A DNA stretch of 64,000 nt, taken from Pseudomonadales bacterium (GTDB taxonomy: Bacteria; Pseudomonadota; Gammaproteobacteria; Pseudomonadales; Azotimanducaceae). Below the pieces are notes generated by a model that saw nothing but the letters and a program-made list of their open reading frames with translations, made no database searches and had not been told where the DNA came from. A program made the translations under genes and the position numbers. Shown here piece by piece: positions 63,400 to 64,000 of this stretch. The stretch is taken from assembly GCA_030744435.1 (NCBI GenBank), contig JASLQO010000009.1:254176-318175 (forward strand), written 5' to 3'. Position 1 is the first letter of the stretch, and the number at the start of each line of letters is the position of its first letter.

Positions 63400-64000
63400 T
63401 TAACCGCGTACCGCTTCCAGGTACTCGCGCACCCGGGCCACGTGGCCGTCGGCATTCGTCATACCCGCATTGTGTGTGGTGACGGCGAGGTGGGTTGCGC
63501 CGAGTTTTTTCCACTTCGACGCCTGCCGCTGCCATCGGGCAGCGCTGCCGCCGGCGTACTCCGCACGCGCCTGGATGCCGAAACCTTCCCAGCTGAGGCC
63601 CGCCACCTCGCGGTGAGTACGAATGGTATCGATGCTTTCGCGGGTTGCGTCGTTCGCGCCTGTCTGGGGGATCCAGCCATCACCGAGGACGGCGCAGCGT
63701 CTCAGAAGTGCGGGTGCTGATCCGCCGAACCAGACTGGAATTGGTTTGCTGGGGCGCGGGTTGATACCGGCGGCGGTGATGGTGTGATAGTCACCGTGGT
63801 AGGTGAGCACGTCGTCCATCCACAGCCTGCGCAGCAGATCCACCTGCTCCGCCTGACGTTTTCCGCGGTTGGAGAATTCTTTGTTGAGGCCCTCGTACTC
63901 GACCTCATTCCAGCCGGTACCGACACCCAGGCGGAAACGATTGCCGGAAAGGACGGCCACCTCGGCCGCCTGTTTCGCCACCAGTACCGTTTGGCGCTGA
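63400..64000 (-). CDS. luciferase-like (LLM class) oxidoreductase, 5' end outside the window
   Basis: ...LSGNRFRLGVGTGWNEVEYEGL...PIPVWFGGSAPALLRR...GDGWIP. The frame stays open to the window edge upstream of the track Met at 63981. Confidence 0.8.
   Translation of the reverse strand, partial: QRQTVLVAKQAAEVAVLSGNRFRLGVGTGWNEVEYEGLNKEFSNRGKRQAEQVDLLRRLWMDDVLTYHGDYHTITAAGINPRPSKPIPVWFGGSAPALLRRCAVLGDGWIPQTGANDATRESIDTIRTHREVAGLSWEGFGIQARAEYAGGSAARWQRQASKWKKLGATHLAVTTHNAGMTNADGHVARVREYLEAVRG

Noticed and set aside
1-64000. Searched by eye for tRNA/rRNA genes, transposases, integrases, phage genes and defence-system hallmarks (Cas, restriction-modification, Abi, CBASS-type).
   Set aside because: None were recognised. 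The only TA-like or defence-like trace is the decayed HTH/nucleotidyltransferase-like locus at 8145-8713.

Overview
GC-rich bacterial chromosomal segment with proteobacterial-style gene organisation. The taxonomic guess is inference only. I recognised no rRNA, tRNA, CRISPR array, transposase, integrase or phage gene.

About 65 protein-coding loci can be supported. The window is dominated by acyl-CoA metabolism:
- eight crotonase-fold genes (one frameshifted)
- three acyl-CoA dehydrogenases
- an 820-aa tandem-fused family III CoA-transferase
- an AMP-dependent ligase plus a decayed paralog
- a thiolase-like/DUF35 pair
- two separate split B12-dependent acyl-CoA mutases that share one MeaB GTPase

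Other genes:
- MoxR ATPase, gamma-glutamyltransferase, a DMT transporter, an RND efflux pair and a MATE pump
- bcp, tesB, and ahcY with an ArsR-methyltransferase fusion
- an aminotransferase/omega-amidase pair and an RluA-type pseudouridine synthase
- oxyR next to a rubrerythrin / Fe-S(CCG) / DUF3501 trio
- DUF3604, idi, a Zn-ADH, TetR regulators and LLM-type oxidoreductases

Most interesting observations:
1. The second mutase pair (9971-11964, minus strand) keeps the MCM-family fold signature. It has lost the canonical substrate-contact motifs, and it sits with unknown membrane and Cys-rich genes inside the mutase array.
2. A tightly coupled five-gene operon (57048-62637) links a secreted tannase/feruloyl-esterase-family protein to a Cys-less thiolase-like protein, DUF35, a divergent citryl-CoA-lyase-like protein and a CoA ligase.
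3. A roughly 48-bp element is repeated upstream of two beta-oxidation-type units, and further operator-like repeats occur elsewhere.
4. Clearly disrupted genes are unusually dense: nonsense codons, frameshifts, a 14-bp tandem duplication and a roughly 480-codon in-frame deletion.

All functional calls rest on motif recognition by eye. No database search was run.
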